This document shows positions 46,148 through 54,352 of a stretch of 64,000 nt of DNA, one piece after another. A program made the position numbers and the translations under genes. Under the pieces are notes generated by a model. It searched no databases. It had not been told where the DNA came from and saw only the letters and a list, made by a program, of their open reading frames with translations. This DNA comes from Gemmatimonadota bacterium (GTDB taxonomy: Bacteria; Gemmatimonadota; Gemmatimonadetes; Longimicrobiales; Gaopeijiaceae): contig JASFVN010000001.1 in assembly GCA_050049805.1 (NCBI GenBank), positions 11,059 through 75,058 of the forward strand, written 5' to 3'. Position 1 is the stretch's first letter. The number at the start of each line of letters is the position of its first letter.

Positions 46148-47544
46148 GACTCGCTTCCCCTCCCCTTTCCGGGACCTTCCACTTCGTCCCTGACCGAGGA
46201 GGCGGAATCTTCAGAGACCCTCTCCGACCCCTCCCTGCCGGAATGATCCTCCTCCGACTCTTCTGAACTCTCCCCGAAGGCCTCCAGATCCAACTCGAAT
46301 AACTCCTGAATCGCAACCAGTTTGTGGATCCCGTGCCGTGTTGAAGGCTCCACACCTCGGATCAGCGTGGTGGGCTGATGCAGAAGCTTGTTCAACAGGG
46401 AACGGGTATATCCTTTCAGGGCTTCGATGTCGGCGGGTTCGAAGTTCTTTACCTGCCGAGCCATTTCTTTCTCGGCAATCTCCTGAAAACGCCCCCTCAA
46501 CGCCCGTATCACCGGAACCATGTCCAATGACTCCTGCCAGGACATGTACCGACCCACCTCTTGCAGGACGATCTTCTCCACCTTAGGTATCTCCCGCCGC
46601 CTTCGGACCCGGTTCTGGTCTGCGATTTCTTCCAGATCGTCGATATTGTAGAGGAACACCCTGTCCAGGTTCCTCACCTCGGGCTGTACGTTCCTGGGAT
46701 TGGCGATGTCCACCATGATTTTCGGACCCCGGGTAGATCCCTGAAGGACCCTGGTCATCCTCTCCACGTCGATGATGGGTTGCCTTGACCCGGTAGCTAC
46801 CACGATGACCCTAGCCTCCGTGAGCGCATCGTCCATCTCCTCCCAGGGACGGGCCACAACCCCCAATTCGAGAGCCAACTCCTGCGCCCGATGGAAGGTC
46901 CGGTTCATGATGGTGAGGAGCTTCGGCCCCGCCTCGGCAAAGTGCCGAGCGACAGCGGTCCCGGTTTCCCCCGCTCCCAACACGAGAATGGGATGCCGCC
47001 TCAGGCCACCAAAGATCTTGTCCGCCATTTCCATGGCGGCGTGGGCCATGGAGACCGTCCCCTTCCCGATTTCCGTCTCGTTTCGAGCCCGTTTCCCCAC
47101 ATGGACCGCCGACGTGAACAGGCGAGTCAGGATGGCACCCATGGATTTGTGACGGTCCGCCGCCTCGAAGGCTTCCTTGACCTGCCCCAGGATCTGGGCC
47201 TCCCCCACCATCATGGACTCCAGACCGGATGCCACTCGAAACAAGTGCCGCACCGTCTCCATCCCGGACCAGGAGTAGGTGTGGGTGGCGCTGTTGAAGT
47301 GGTCAACTCCTTTCAGCTCGTTCGCCGCTTCCCGGAGAAGCTGTTCGGCCTCGGACTTGTCTCCGACGAATGCGTAGAACTCGGTACGGTTGCAGGTAGA
47401 GAGGATCACCGTCTCCCGAAGGAGGTCCGAATGGGCTCGTAACATGTGGTAGGCGGTGCCCATTTCTTCCGGATGCACCTGGACCTCGTCCCGTATCTGG
47501 GCCGGCGCCGTCTTGTGGCTGATTCCGAGAACGATCAGGTCCAT
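46144..47544 (-). CDS. hemA: glutamyl-tRNA reductase with acidic C-terminal tail
   Basis: MDLIVLGISHKTAP start, catalytic STCNRTE, and NADPH site LGAGETG. An extra Ser/Glu-rich tail of about 45 aa. Confidence 0.85.
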   Translation of the reverse strand: MDLIVLGISHKTAPAQIRDEVQVHPEEMGTAYHMLRAHSDLLRETVILSTCNRTEFYAFVGDKSEAEQLLREAANELKGVDHFNSATHTYSWSGMETVRHLFRVASGLESMMVGEAQILGQVKEAFEAADRHKSMGAILTRLFTSAVHVGKRARNETEIGKGTVSMAHAAMEMADKIFGGLRRHPILVLGAGETGTAVARHFAEAGPKLLTIMNRTFHRAQELALELGVVARPWEEMDDALTEARVIVVATGSRQPIIDVERMTRVLQGSTRGPKIMVDIANPRNVQPEVRNLDRVFLYNIDDLEEIADQNRVRRRREIPKVEKIVLQEVGRYMSWQESLDMVPVIRALRGRFQEIAEKEMARQVKNFEPADIEALKGYTRSLLNKLLHQPTTLIRGVEPSTRHGIHKLVAIQELFELDLEAFGESSEESEEDHSGREGSERVSEDSASSVRDEVEGPGKGRGSES

Positions 47545-47619
47545 GAGGTCGAGAGAACGGGTGGTCTGAGGGTCCGATAAATATGACCCTACCCGGGGGC
47601 GATGGGAATCGGGGTCGAC

Positions 47620-47655
47620 GGAAAAGAAAGAAGTGGGGAGCTTGGAGCCCCCCAC
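47620..47655 (-). terminator. rho-independent terminator between the DUF4342 gene and hemA
   Basis: Minus strand GUGGGGGGC-UCCAA-GCUCCCCAC (9-bp stem with one G.U) followed by UUCUUUCUUUUCC. Confidence 0.6.
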
Positions 47656-47716
47656 CTCCTGCCACTCCTTGAGCCGCCCTGCGACGGAAAAGGATGGGCG
47701 TCGAACTGCTTTCGAG

Positions 47717-48022
47717 TCACTCCTCTCGGTGTCGCTCCACTTCGATGGAGCAGTCCGTTACCAAAGCCGCGATGGCGCCGACAGCTGCCCAGACAGGGAA
47801 GATGGCCGCCCCGACCACTCCCAGCGTCAAGGGAATCTCGATGAGAGTTTTGTCTTCGTCGTTCTTGATGGTGATGCGGCGGACGTTTCCCTCCTGGATC
47901 AACTCCTTGACCTTGGAGAGCAGCCTCTCTCCCGCAACTTTGTACCGCTCCCTCCCTCCGGACTCCTGACTTTCCTCTTCCTCGGTCTGCTCCTCGGTGG
48001 CTTCATATTCTTCTGTCATCAT
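47717..48022 (-). CDS. DUF4342-like small protein
   Basis: Acidic N-terminus, then KELIQEGNVRRITIKNDEDKTLIEIPLTLGVVGAAI and a hydrophobic tail, which I associate with DUF4342. ATG 48022/48019 sits next to AGGAGGA (the track start at 48043 is a TTG). Confidence 0.65.
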   Translation of the reverse strand: MMTEEYEATEEQTEEEESQESGGRERYKVAGERLLSKVKELIQEGNVRRITIKNDEDKTLIEIPLTLGVVGAAIFPVWAAVGAIAALVTDCSIEVERHREE

Positions 48023-48252
48023 TCCTCCTGGAACGCTGGTCAATTCTTTCTTCTATACGAAATCAGGGTCGGAAAGGTTCGTCACCCTCGCTACGGTCCT
48101 TGGCTGGAGTGTGGTGTTCGGGCATGATCGGGGCAAGGAAACCCCCGGGCGAATCGCCCCTGCACCTGCCCCCCCTCCCTCGCCTGATGGGCTCCCTGGC
48201 ACTATCCTGCCTCAAAGTCCCCTCTTGTGCGTCGATGGTGTTGGAGCGCCCC

Positions 48253-48717
48253 ATGAGCCCCATCAATCTTCAGCTGCCATCTGGAGGCAGGACCTTCCAC
48301 GGGTTGATCCTGGATTTTACGGGAACCCTGTCCTTGGACGGCATCCTTCTTCCAGGTGTGGCCAGCCGATTACAGGCACTTTCCAGGTCTCTCCAGATCA
48401 CCGTTCTCACAGCCGACACTTTCGGTACAGCGAAGGAAACATTGGCGGGGCTTCCCTTGGAGGTCCGGCTCATCCGGGATGGTGCTGAAAAAGCAGAAGC
48501 TGTGGCCTCCCTGGACCCTGGAGGGATCATCGCCATCGGCAATGGCCGCAATGACGTCGCCATGCTGGCCGCGGCGGAGCTCGGCATCGCGATCCTGGGG
48601 CCCGAAGGCGTCGCATCCGAGCTCCTGACCGCTGCCGACGTGGTGGTGTCGGACATCAACGATGCTCTGGATTTGATCCTCCACCCCCTACGCCTGAAAG
48701 CTACGCTCCGTGATTGA
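48253..48717 (+). CDS. HAD-superfamily hydrolase resembling a soluble P-type ATPase phosphorylation domain
   Basis: DFTGT (compare DKTGT) and GNGRNDVAML (compare GDGxND). ATG 48253 has GGAG 6 nt upstream. Confidence 0.7.
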   Translation: MSPINLQLPSGGRTFHGLILDFTGTLSLDGILLPGVASRLQALSRSLQITVLTADTFGTAKETLAGLPLEVRLIRDGAEKAEAVASLDPGGIIAIGNGRNDVAMLAAAELGIAILGPEGVASELLTAADVVVSDINDALDLILHPLRLKATLRD

Positions 48718-48798
48718 AGGCGTACCGTCTGGGACTCCCCGGCCTCGATTCGCCGGGAACTCCGGAGCAGCTTTCTCGGAAAGCCCAGGAGTCCTCTC

Positions 48799-49713
48799 GT
48801 GATCCGACCTCCCCTGACCTCAGCCATACCCCTGCTTCTCATCTGGACCATGCCAATGATCGCCAGCGCCCAGGCCCCGGCGGGGACGGACATTTGGGCG
48901 TTCAGGATCACCGGCAGCCCGCCCACCGTCGACCTCGCGTCGGCGATTCGGGTGTCGGAGCGACCCGGCTACGACAACCAGCCTCATTTTCCACCCGGCC
49001 AGCGGTTGATCCTTTATACAGCCATCGACTCCCTGGGCCAGGCGGACATCTGGAGCTACGATCTTCGTTCGGGCCAGCACCGTAACCTCACTCGGTCGGC
49101 GCCGGAGAGCGAATACTCGGCCACGGTCATGCCCTCCCTGGCCCGCTTCTCCGCCATCCGCGTAGAAGCCGACTCCACGCAGCGCCTGTGGAGCTTCGAA
49201 TCGGGGGGCACGAACCCGGAGCTCGTCCTCGAGGAGATCGCACCAGTGGGGTACCACGCCTGGTTGAACCAAGACACCCTCGCCCTCTTCGTCCTTGGCA
49301 ACCCCGCCACACTGCAAATCGCAGATGTGCCCCGGGGAACGGCAGAGGTCGTGGCTGAGAACATCGGACGATCCTTGCATCGGATTCCCGGGCGGGAAGC
49401 CTTCTCGTTTGTGCAGTTGGGTCCGGAAGGCCCGGGCACCATTACCGAGTTCGATCTGCCCACCGGCGAAACCAGGCCAATCGCTCCCCTTCTCGAGGGG
49501 AACGAGTTCTACGCCTGGACGACCGCCGGCACGATTCTCATGGGCCAGGGATCCAGCTTATACCGTTGGACCCCCGGTGAATCACCCCCCTGGCAAGAGG
49601 TGGTCGATCTTCTTCCCGCGGGTATTCTGGGGATTTCCCGAATCGCCCTGAGCCCCGAGGGAGGCTGGATCGCGGTTGTGGCTCAGGACCCCGAAGACGA
49701 CGGATCGGGCTGA
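48799..49713 (+). CDS. secreted TolB-like beta-propeller protein
   Basis: GTG start behind AGGAG. Signal ...IWTMPMIASAQ. Repeated strand patterns (DIWSYDL, RLWSFE, LYRWTP, ALSPEGGWIAVV). Confidence 0.6.
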   Translation: MIRPPLTSAIPLLLIWTMPMIASAQAPAGTDIWAFRITGSPPTVDLASAIRVSERPGYDNQPHFPPGQRLILYTAIDSLGQADIWSYDLRSGQHRNLTRSAPESEYSATVMPSLARFSAIRVEADSTQRLWSFESGGTNPELVLEEIAPVGYHAWLNQDTLALFVLGNPATLQIADVPRGTAEVVAENIGRSLHRIPGREAFSFVQLGPEGPGTITEFDLPTGETRPIAPLLEGNEFYAWTTAGTILMGQGSSLYRWTPGESPPWQEVVDLLPAGILGISRIALSPEGGWIAVVAQDPEDDGSG

Positions 49714-49855
49714 ATCGCCCGTCCACCCCAGGACCCATCGAGGAACCGGATTGGATCCGCAGGGACATTCGGGGGTTCTGAAGCTGGACAAAAGGGCTTG
49801 GGCCGCCTAAGCTTTCGACAGCGTAACCCCTACATTCTCAAAGGAGTTGGGAGCC

Positions 49856-50290
49856 ATGACGGGAGAGGCAGGTCAGCGAATCCAGGTTGTTCTCCGGTGG
49901 ATCCAGATCTTGGACAAGTTGGAACCCTTCTATAAGGAGACGGGGGAGTTCGTCTTCCGGTCCAAGGTCGAAAGTGGCGGGAAAGTGGACGAGACCCGCT
50001 TTCCGGAGGAAGGATACTATGCCATCTCGGACAAACCGGGATGGAATCGCCTGGAGAAACTGAACAAAATACTGTTCGAGGGTGTCCCCGGCGAAAACCT
50101 GGTTGTGGAGCTGATGGGAGAGGAGTTGGATCAGTTCTCCGCCAACGACCCTCTGGATCATTACAGGAGGGAGTTTTCCGGAGATCCAACAAGCTGGGTG
50201 GGTCACTATGAGCCCGTGGACGAGGGCTCGACCGATCCGGAAAACATGTCGAACTGGAGGGTTTGTTTCGACATTCGGGCGGTGGACTGA
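49856..50290 (+). CDS. orphan hypothetical protein (144 aa)
   Basis: ATG 49856 lies 9 nt after AAGGAG. It has its own strong terminator. No signal peptide and no recognisable motif. Confidence 0.6.
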   Translation: MTGEAGQRIQVVLRWIQILDKLEPFYKETGEFVFRSKVESGGKVDETRFPEEGYYAISDKPGWNRLEKLNKILFEGVPGENLVVELMGEELDQFSANDPLDHYRREFSGDPTSWVGHYEPVDEGSTDPENMSNWRVCFDIRAVD

Positions 50291-50340
50291 TTCCGGACGG
50301 ACCGCTCCAACACAGATCGAAAATACGAGCCCAACGAGGG

Positions 50341-50376
50341 ACCTCGGAGGCGCCTGCCTCCGAGGTCTTTCTATTC
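50341..50376 (+). terminator. rho-independent terminator
   Basis: Perfect 11-bp stem ACCTCGGAGGC / GCCTCCGAGGT with a 4-nt loop (50341-50366), followed by CTTTCTATTC. Confidence 0.7.
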
Positions 50377-50433
50377 TACCTCCAAGTGTCTGACACGAGC
50401 GATGTCACACTGGACCTCCTCCAGTCGTTTTGA

Positions 50434-51000
50434 ATGCACGAGGCCTCGGAAGCGAGGAGGGGTGGCCGGGGCATCCGAGACCAACAGCCCCGAGGCCCGG
50501 TGAATTTCGACGCCCTATTCGACGCCGTGTACCCTTCCCTCTTCCGGTATTGTAACCGGCTGACGGGAGATCCGGACCAGGCGGAAGATCTGGCCCAGGA
50601 AGCCTTTTTCCGACTTCTGGACCGGGGCACCAAGGGAACGGAAGCAGGCCTCCGTTCGTGGCTCTTCATGGTGGCCACGAATCTGGTGAGGGACCGATCG
50701 CGGACCCGCGAAACGAGGAGACGGATCCTCTCAGGTTTCCCGCCTCCTGAAACGATTCCGGGACCCGATCATGATCTGGAAAAAGCCGAGGACATCCGGC
50801 GGGTGCGGAAAGCCTTGGAAGTGCTGAACCCGAGGGATCGAGAAATGCTTCTCCTTCGGCAGGAGGGTTTCAGCTACCGGGAAATCGCCGAAGTCGCCGG
50901 CGTTTCACACCGGTCGGTAGGAACGATCCTGGCCCGGGCTCTACAGCGGTTTGCGGCGGAAGTGTCCAAAGAGGAAGATGGGAATGGAACATCCCGATAG
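50434..51000 (+). CDS. ECF-type RNA polymerase sigma-70 factor
   Basis: Region 2 (YPSLFRYCNRLTGDPDQAEDLAQEAF) and region 4 HTH (LLLRQEGFSYREIAEVAGVSHRSVGTILARA). Confidence 0.85.
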   Translation: MHEASEARRGGRGIRDQQPRGPVNFDALFDAVYPSLFRYCNRLTGDPDQAEDLAQEAFFRLLDRGTKGTEAGLRSWLFMVATNLVRDRSRTRETRRRILSGFPPPETIPGPDHDLEKAEDIRRVRKALEVLNPRDREMLLLRQEGFSYREIAEVAGVSHRSVGTILARALQRFAAEVSKEEDGNGTSR

Positions 51001-51811
51001 CGGTTCGCTTCAATCCATGCTCGACGGTGAGTTGGCCACCTCCGCCGTCGAAGAAATCAGGTCTCACGTGCAGAGCTGTGAGCGGTGCCGGTCCCTGGTA
51101 TCCGCCCTGGAGGGAGCCTCGGTGGAAACGGCCACGGCCCTCCGTCTTCTCGACGTGGAGCCGGACCTATCGGCGGCCAAAGTGAGCGTCCGGTCCAAGG
51201 GGGAGGAGAGACCAGCCAGTGACTCCTTTTTCCATACCTGGTCTCTGCCCAAGGCCGCTTCCATCGCCCTTTTGCTGACGGGAGCGGCCGTTACCGCCCT
51301 GCCAGGTTCGCCTGTTCGACGGTGGATGGCCGAGGGTTGGCAAGCTCTTACCGGATCTTCCGAGCTCGCGGACCATGAAAGAAATCCGGACGCGATATCG
51401 GAAGACCCGACCATTTCCCTCCCGGATCAGGCCACCCCGGAAACAGGAGCTGGCATTTCCGCCTCCGCCGAGGCAGTGGAGATCTGGATCCATGGCCTCT
51501 CCCAGGAGGCCGATCTCCGTGTGCTCTGGACCGATGGGGAGGAGGCATGGGTCTACGCCGGAGAGGGAACCCGGTACACCAGCACGGCGAGTCGATTGGA
51601 AGCCTTCGATCCCCCGGGGACGGTGAGGGTTGAGATTCCGCGAACGGTCCGTCGGGTCGTGCTGGGCCTGGACGGGGAGATTCTCCTGAGGAAGTCCGGG
51701 GGGGAACTGGAAATCCTGGGCCCGGTTCAGGAAAGGTCCCCGTCGGAGATCCGGTTTGAACCAGGCCCGGGCTCGAACGGCGGCGCGACTCAGGGTGTAT
51801 CCAATCCATGA
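50984..51811 (+). CDS. anti-sigma factor (zf-HC2, single TM)
   Basis: H-x3-C-x2-C motif SHVQSCERCRS. TM segment AASIALLLTGAAVTAL. Overlaps the sigma gene end, and its stop overlaps the next gene's ATG. Confidence 0.7.
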   Translation: MEHPDSGSLQSMLDGELATSAVEEIRSHVQSCERCRSLVSALEGASVETATALRLLDVEPDLSAAKVSVRSKGEERPASDSFFHTWSLPKAASIALLLTGAAVTALPGSPVRRWMAEGWQALTGSSELADHERNPDAISEDPTISLPDQATPETGAGISASAEAVEIWIHGLSQEADLRVLWTDGEEAWVYAGEGTRYTSTASRLEAFDPPGTVRVEIPRTVRRVVLGLDGEILLRKSGGELEILGPVQERSPSEIRFEPGPGSNGGATQGVSNP

Positions 51812-54204
51812 GGATCCATCGTCGCCCGGAAGTGGTTTTGTCGAACCGATGCAGCCGGCGCCTACTGACCCTGGCTGGCCTATTCTCTACTCTCCTCTGC
51901 GCTCCGGTGCTGGGAAGCGGTCAAGTAACAACCCCTCCCGGGCAGGAAACCGGCTCGGTCTACGGCACCATCTACGGTCAACGTGGAATCCTGGCCCGGC
52001 CTCTCGCCAACGCCATCGTCCATCTATCCTCCGGATCGAAACACGTCACGGGATCCACGGACTCCAGAGGCCGCTATTCCCTGGTAGGCCTGGCAGCCGG
52101 TCAGTGGCGGATTCGAGCCGCACACGTCGGGTATCGATCCATGGCGGTGGGCGTCCAGGTCCCGCCCGGGGGGGCCGTAGCCCTGGATCTCTCCCTCGGT
52201 TGGGAACCCGTGAGGCTCCCGGCCATCGTCGTGGAGGCAGACCCGGTGCATCCCTTGCGGCCCAGCTCACCGGCGCCGGCGGTAGAACTTGGAGAGGTGG
52301 CCATCCGGGCCCTGGAGGGCACCTCTGGCATGGCCGAAGGAGGCTTGGCCCAGGTTGCCAGGAGTATCCCGGGAAACGACCCCTCCGACCCTCAGGACGT
52401 CCTCCTCATGAGGGGTTCGGCAGCGGATCTCAAGTTGGTCCTCCTGGACGGCGCTCCAGTTTATACGCCTTTCCACATGGCGGGCCTCGTAGAGAGCTTC
52501 GAACCACGAAGCCTGAACCGGGCGTCGCTGTTTCTGGGCGGAGCTCCGGCCAGATACGACGGTGGGCTCTCTTATATCCTCGATCTCCAGGGCAGGGCCG
52601 CTGAGCGGGAAAGGCTTCAGGGAAACGCCTCCATGGACCTCTTGACCGGCCGACTCCTCCTGGAGGGACCCCTCAACTCTTCCACGGGATTCCTGGTGGC
52701 CGGGCGGGCGATTCACAACCTGGGGGCGCCACTCCTGGGCCAGGGTTCCTCTCCCTACGGATTCGGGGACCTCCTCTCCCGGATGGAGTGGACTGGATCC
52801 GAGGGCAAAAGGGCATACATCACCGGGTTTTGGAATCGGGAATCCATCCTTCTCGACCTTTCCGACGACGCCGACGAGGCCCTGACGCAGGAAGGCGAAT
52901 TGGGAAACGACGGGATCTTCGGCGCCCCGCCGGCGGGAGACGGTGCCAGGTGGGGAAATCGGGCGCTGGCTGCCGGGTACCTCGGCCGGATGGGCGCCAC
53001 ACGGGTCGAGCTACGCTTCGCGGCAAGTCGATACCAAGCCGAGCTTCCTTTGGGGGACAGTATCCCCCTCTTCGCTCAGAGCCGCTCTGATCGGCTCCGG
53101 CTCACCGCCGATTTCAGCCGGTCCGCAGGCCCTGGCATTCTCCGATTCGGAGCGACGCTGGACCGGGTGAACTCAGCCTACTCCGCCCTCTCCCTGGACA
53201 CCCTGAGGGTGGGCCAGAAAAACCGGGTGGATCTGGATGGCGTCACCGGAGGGGTCTACATGGAGGTGACACGGCCTCTCTCGGAAAACGTGAGTCTCCG
53301 GGCCGGAGGGCGCTTGGACCGGTTCCAGGGAGATGAGGGGGTACGTCTCGCTCCGCGCCTCTCCCTGAAGTGGATGCTTACCGATGATGCCGCCCTTACC
53401 CTGGCCGGAGGGAGGTATCACCAGTATTCCAATGTCGCTCCTGGCCAGCTCGAAAAGAACCTGGGTCCCGGCCCCCCCGGCGAAGCTTACGATGAACCCG
53501 TTCCCCTGGAGCTCTCTGTGGGCTCCGCCGACCACCTGGTGGTGTCCCTGGATCAGATCCTGGCCCCGGAGCTCCGTCTGGGGTTGGAAGGTTTCGTCAA
53601 GAAGTTCTCGGGGGTCGCGGGCTCGGCCGAAAACTCGCTGAACGCGTCGGGTGTGGACCTGCGGGTCGCCAGGGAGGGTCCCCGGACCTCGGGCTGGCTC
53701 GGCTACACCCTCACATGGTTCTGGGCCTCCGACGGTCCACTGGCAACGGTCAGCTCCCCCTTCTCCGGACGGCATCTCCTGAGCGCCGGGCTCACCACCT
53801 CCCTTTCCGAACGGGCCGGGATCAGCCTTCTGGCCAGCTATGGGGACGGGCTTCCCTATACGTCGGTACCGGTCTTCGGTGAGGGCCAACAGGCCCCCGC
53901 CTTGGATGCCTCCGATGCAAGCGCGGCCGTGAACCTCCGGGGGGACCAGGTCCTGAATGAAGCCCCGGATCTAACGGTGGGCCCCGACGAAGGCTTCCTG
54001 CGACTGGAGGTTGAGCTCTTCGGCAGCTGGTCTCCCACTTTGTCAGGGAGAACCATGGAACTCAGGCCCTATCTTCGCATCCTGAACGCCCTCAACCGAC
54101 GGGATGCCCTCTTCTACCACTTCGAGCCCTGGCGCTCGGACGGACCGGAGCCCCTGGCGGACCTCCCCCTCCTCCCCCTGGTGGGCCTGGAGTGGCGGTT
54201 CTAG
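51808..54204 (+). CDS. TonB-dependent receptor-like outer membrane protein with CarboxypepD_reg domain
   Basis: Signal peptide. Carboxypeptidase-regulatory-like domain (GRYSLVGLAAGQWRIRAAHVGY). Plug motif LLMRGSAADLKLVLLDGAPVY. Ends in an aromatic residue (LEWRF). Confidence 0.8.
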   Translation: MRIHRRPEVVLSNRCSRRLLTLAGLFSTLLCAPVLGSGQVTTPPGQETGSVYGTIYGQRGILARPLANAIVHLSSGSKHVTGSTDSRGRYSLVGLAAGQWRIRAAHVGYRSMAVGVQVPPGGAVALDLSLGWEPVRLPAIVVEADPVHPLRPSSPAPAVELGEVAIRALEGTSGMAEGGLAQVARSIPGNDPSDPQDVLLMRGSAADLKLVLLDGAPVYTPFHMAGLVESFEPRSLNRASLFLGGAPARYDGGLSYILDLQGRAAERERLQGNASMDLLTGRLLLEGPLNSSTGFLVAGRAIHNLGAPLLGQGSSPYGFGDLLSRMEWTGSEGKRAYITGFWNRESILLDLSDDADEALTQEGELGNDGIFGAPPAGDGARWGNRALAAGYLGRMGATRVELRFAASRYQAELPLGDSIPLFAQSRSDRLRLTADFSRSAGPGILRFGATLDRVNSAYSALSLDTLRVGQKNRVDLDGVTGGVYMEVTRPLSENVSLRAGGRLDRFQGDEGVRLAPRLSLKWMLTDDAALTLAGGRYHQYSNVAPGQLEKNLGPGPPGEAYDEPVPLELSVGSADHLVVSLDQILAPELRLGLEGFVKKFSGVAGSAENSLNASGVDLRVAREGPRTSGWLGYTLTWFWASDGPLATVSSPFSGRHLLSAGLTTSLSERAGISLLASYGDGLPYTSVPVFGEGQQAPALDASDASAAVNLRGDQVLNEAPDLTVGPDEGFLRLEVELFGSWSPTLSGRTMELRPYLRILNALNRRDALFYHFEPWRSDGPEPLADLPLLPLVGLEWRF

Positions 54205-54352
54205 AGGCCCCTTTCCCGGGCCGGGCCGCCAGCCGCTGCAGAAAGTACTTTCCCACCGTCACAGGCACGGCTCCCCAAACGTTATCTGATCAGAAAAGCG
54301 CAACCCACTGGCCGCGCGATTCCTTCAACCGATCACCCTTTCGGAGGATTCC

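Noticed and set aside
50386-50396. Palindrome GTGTC-T-GACAC upstream of the ECF sigma gene
   Set aside because: It has only 5-bp arms, which is expected by chance. I could not recognise an ECF-type GGAAC-N16-CGT promoter around it.
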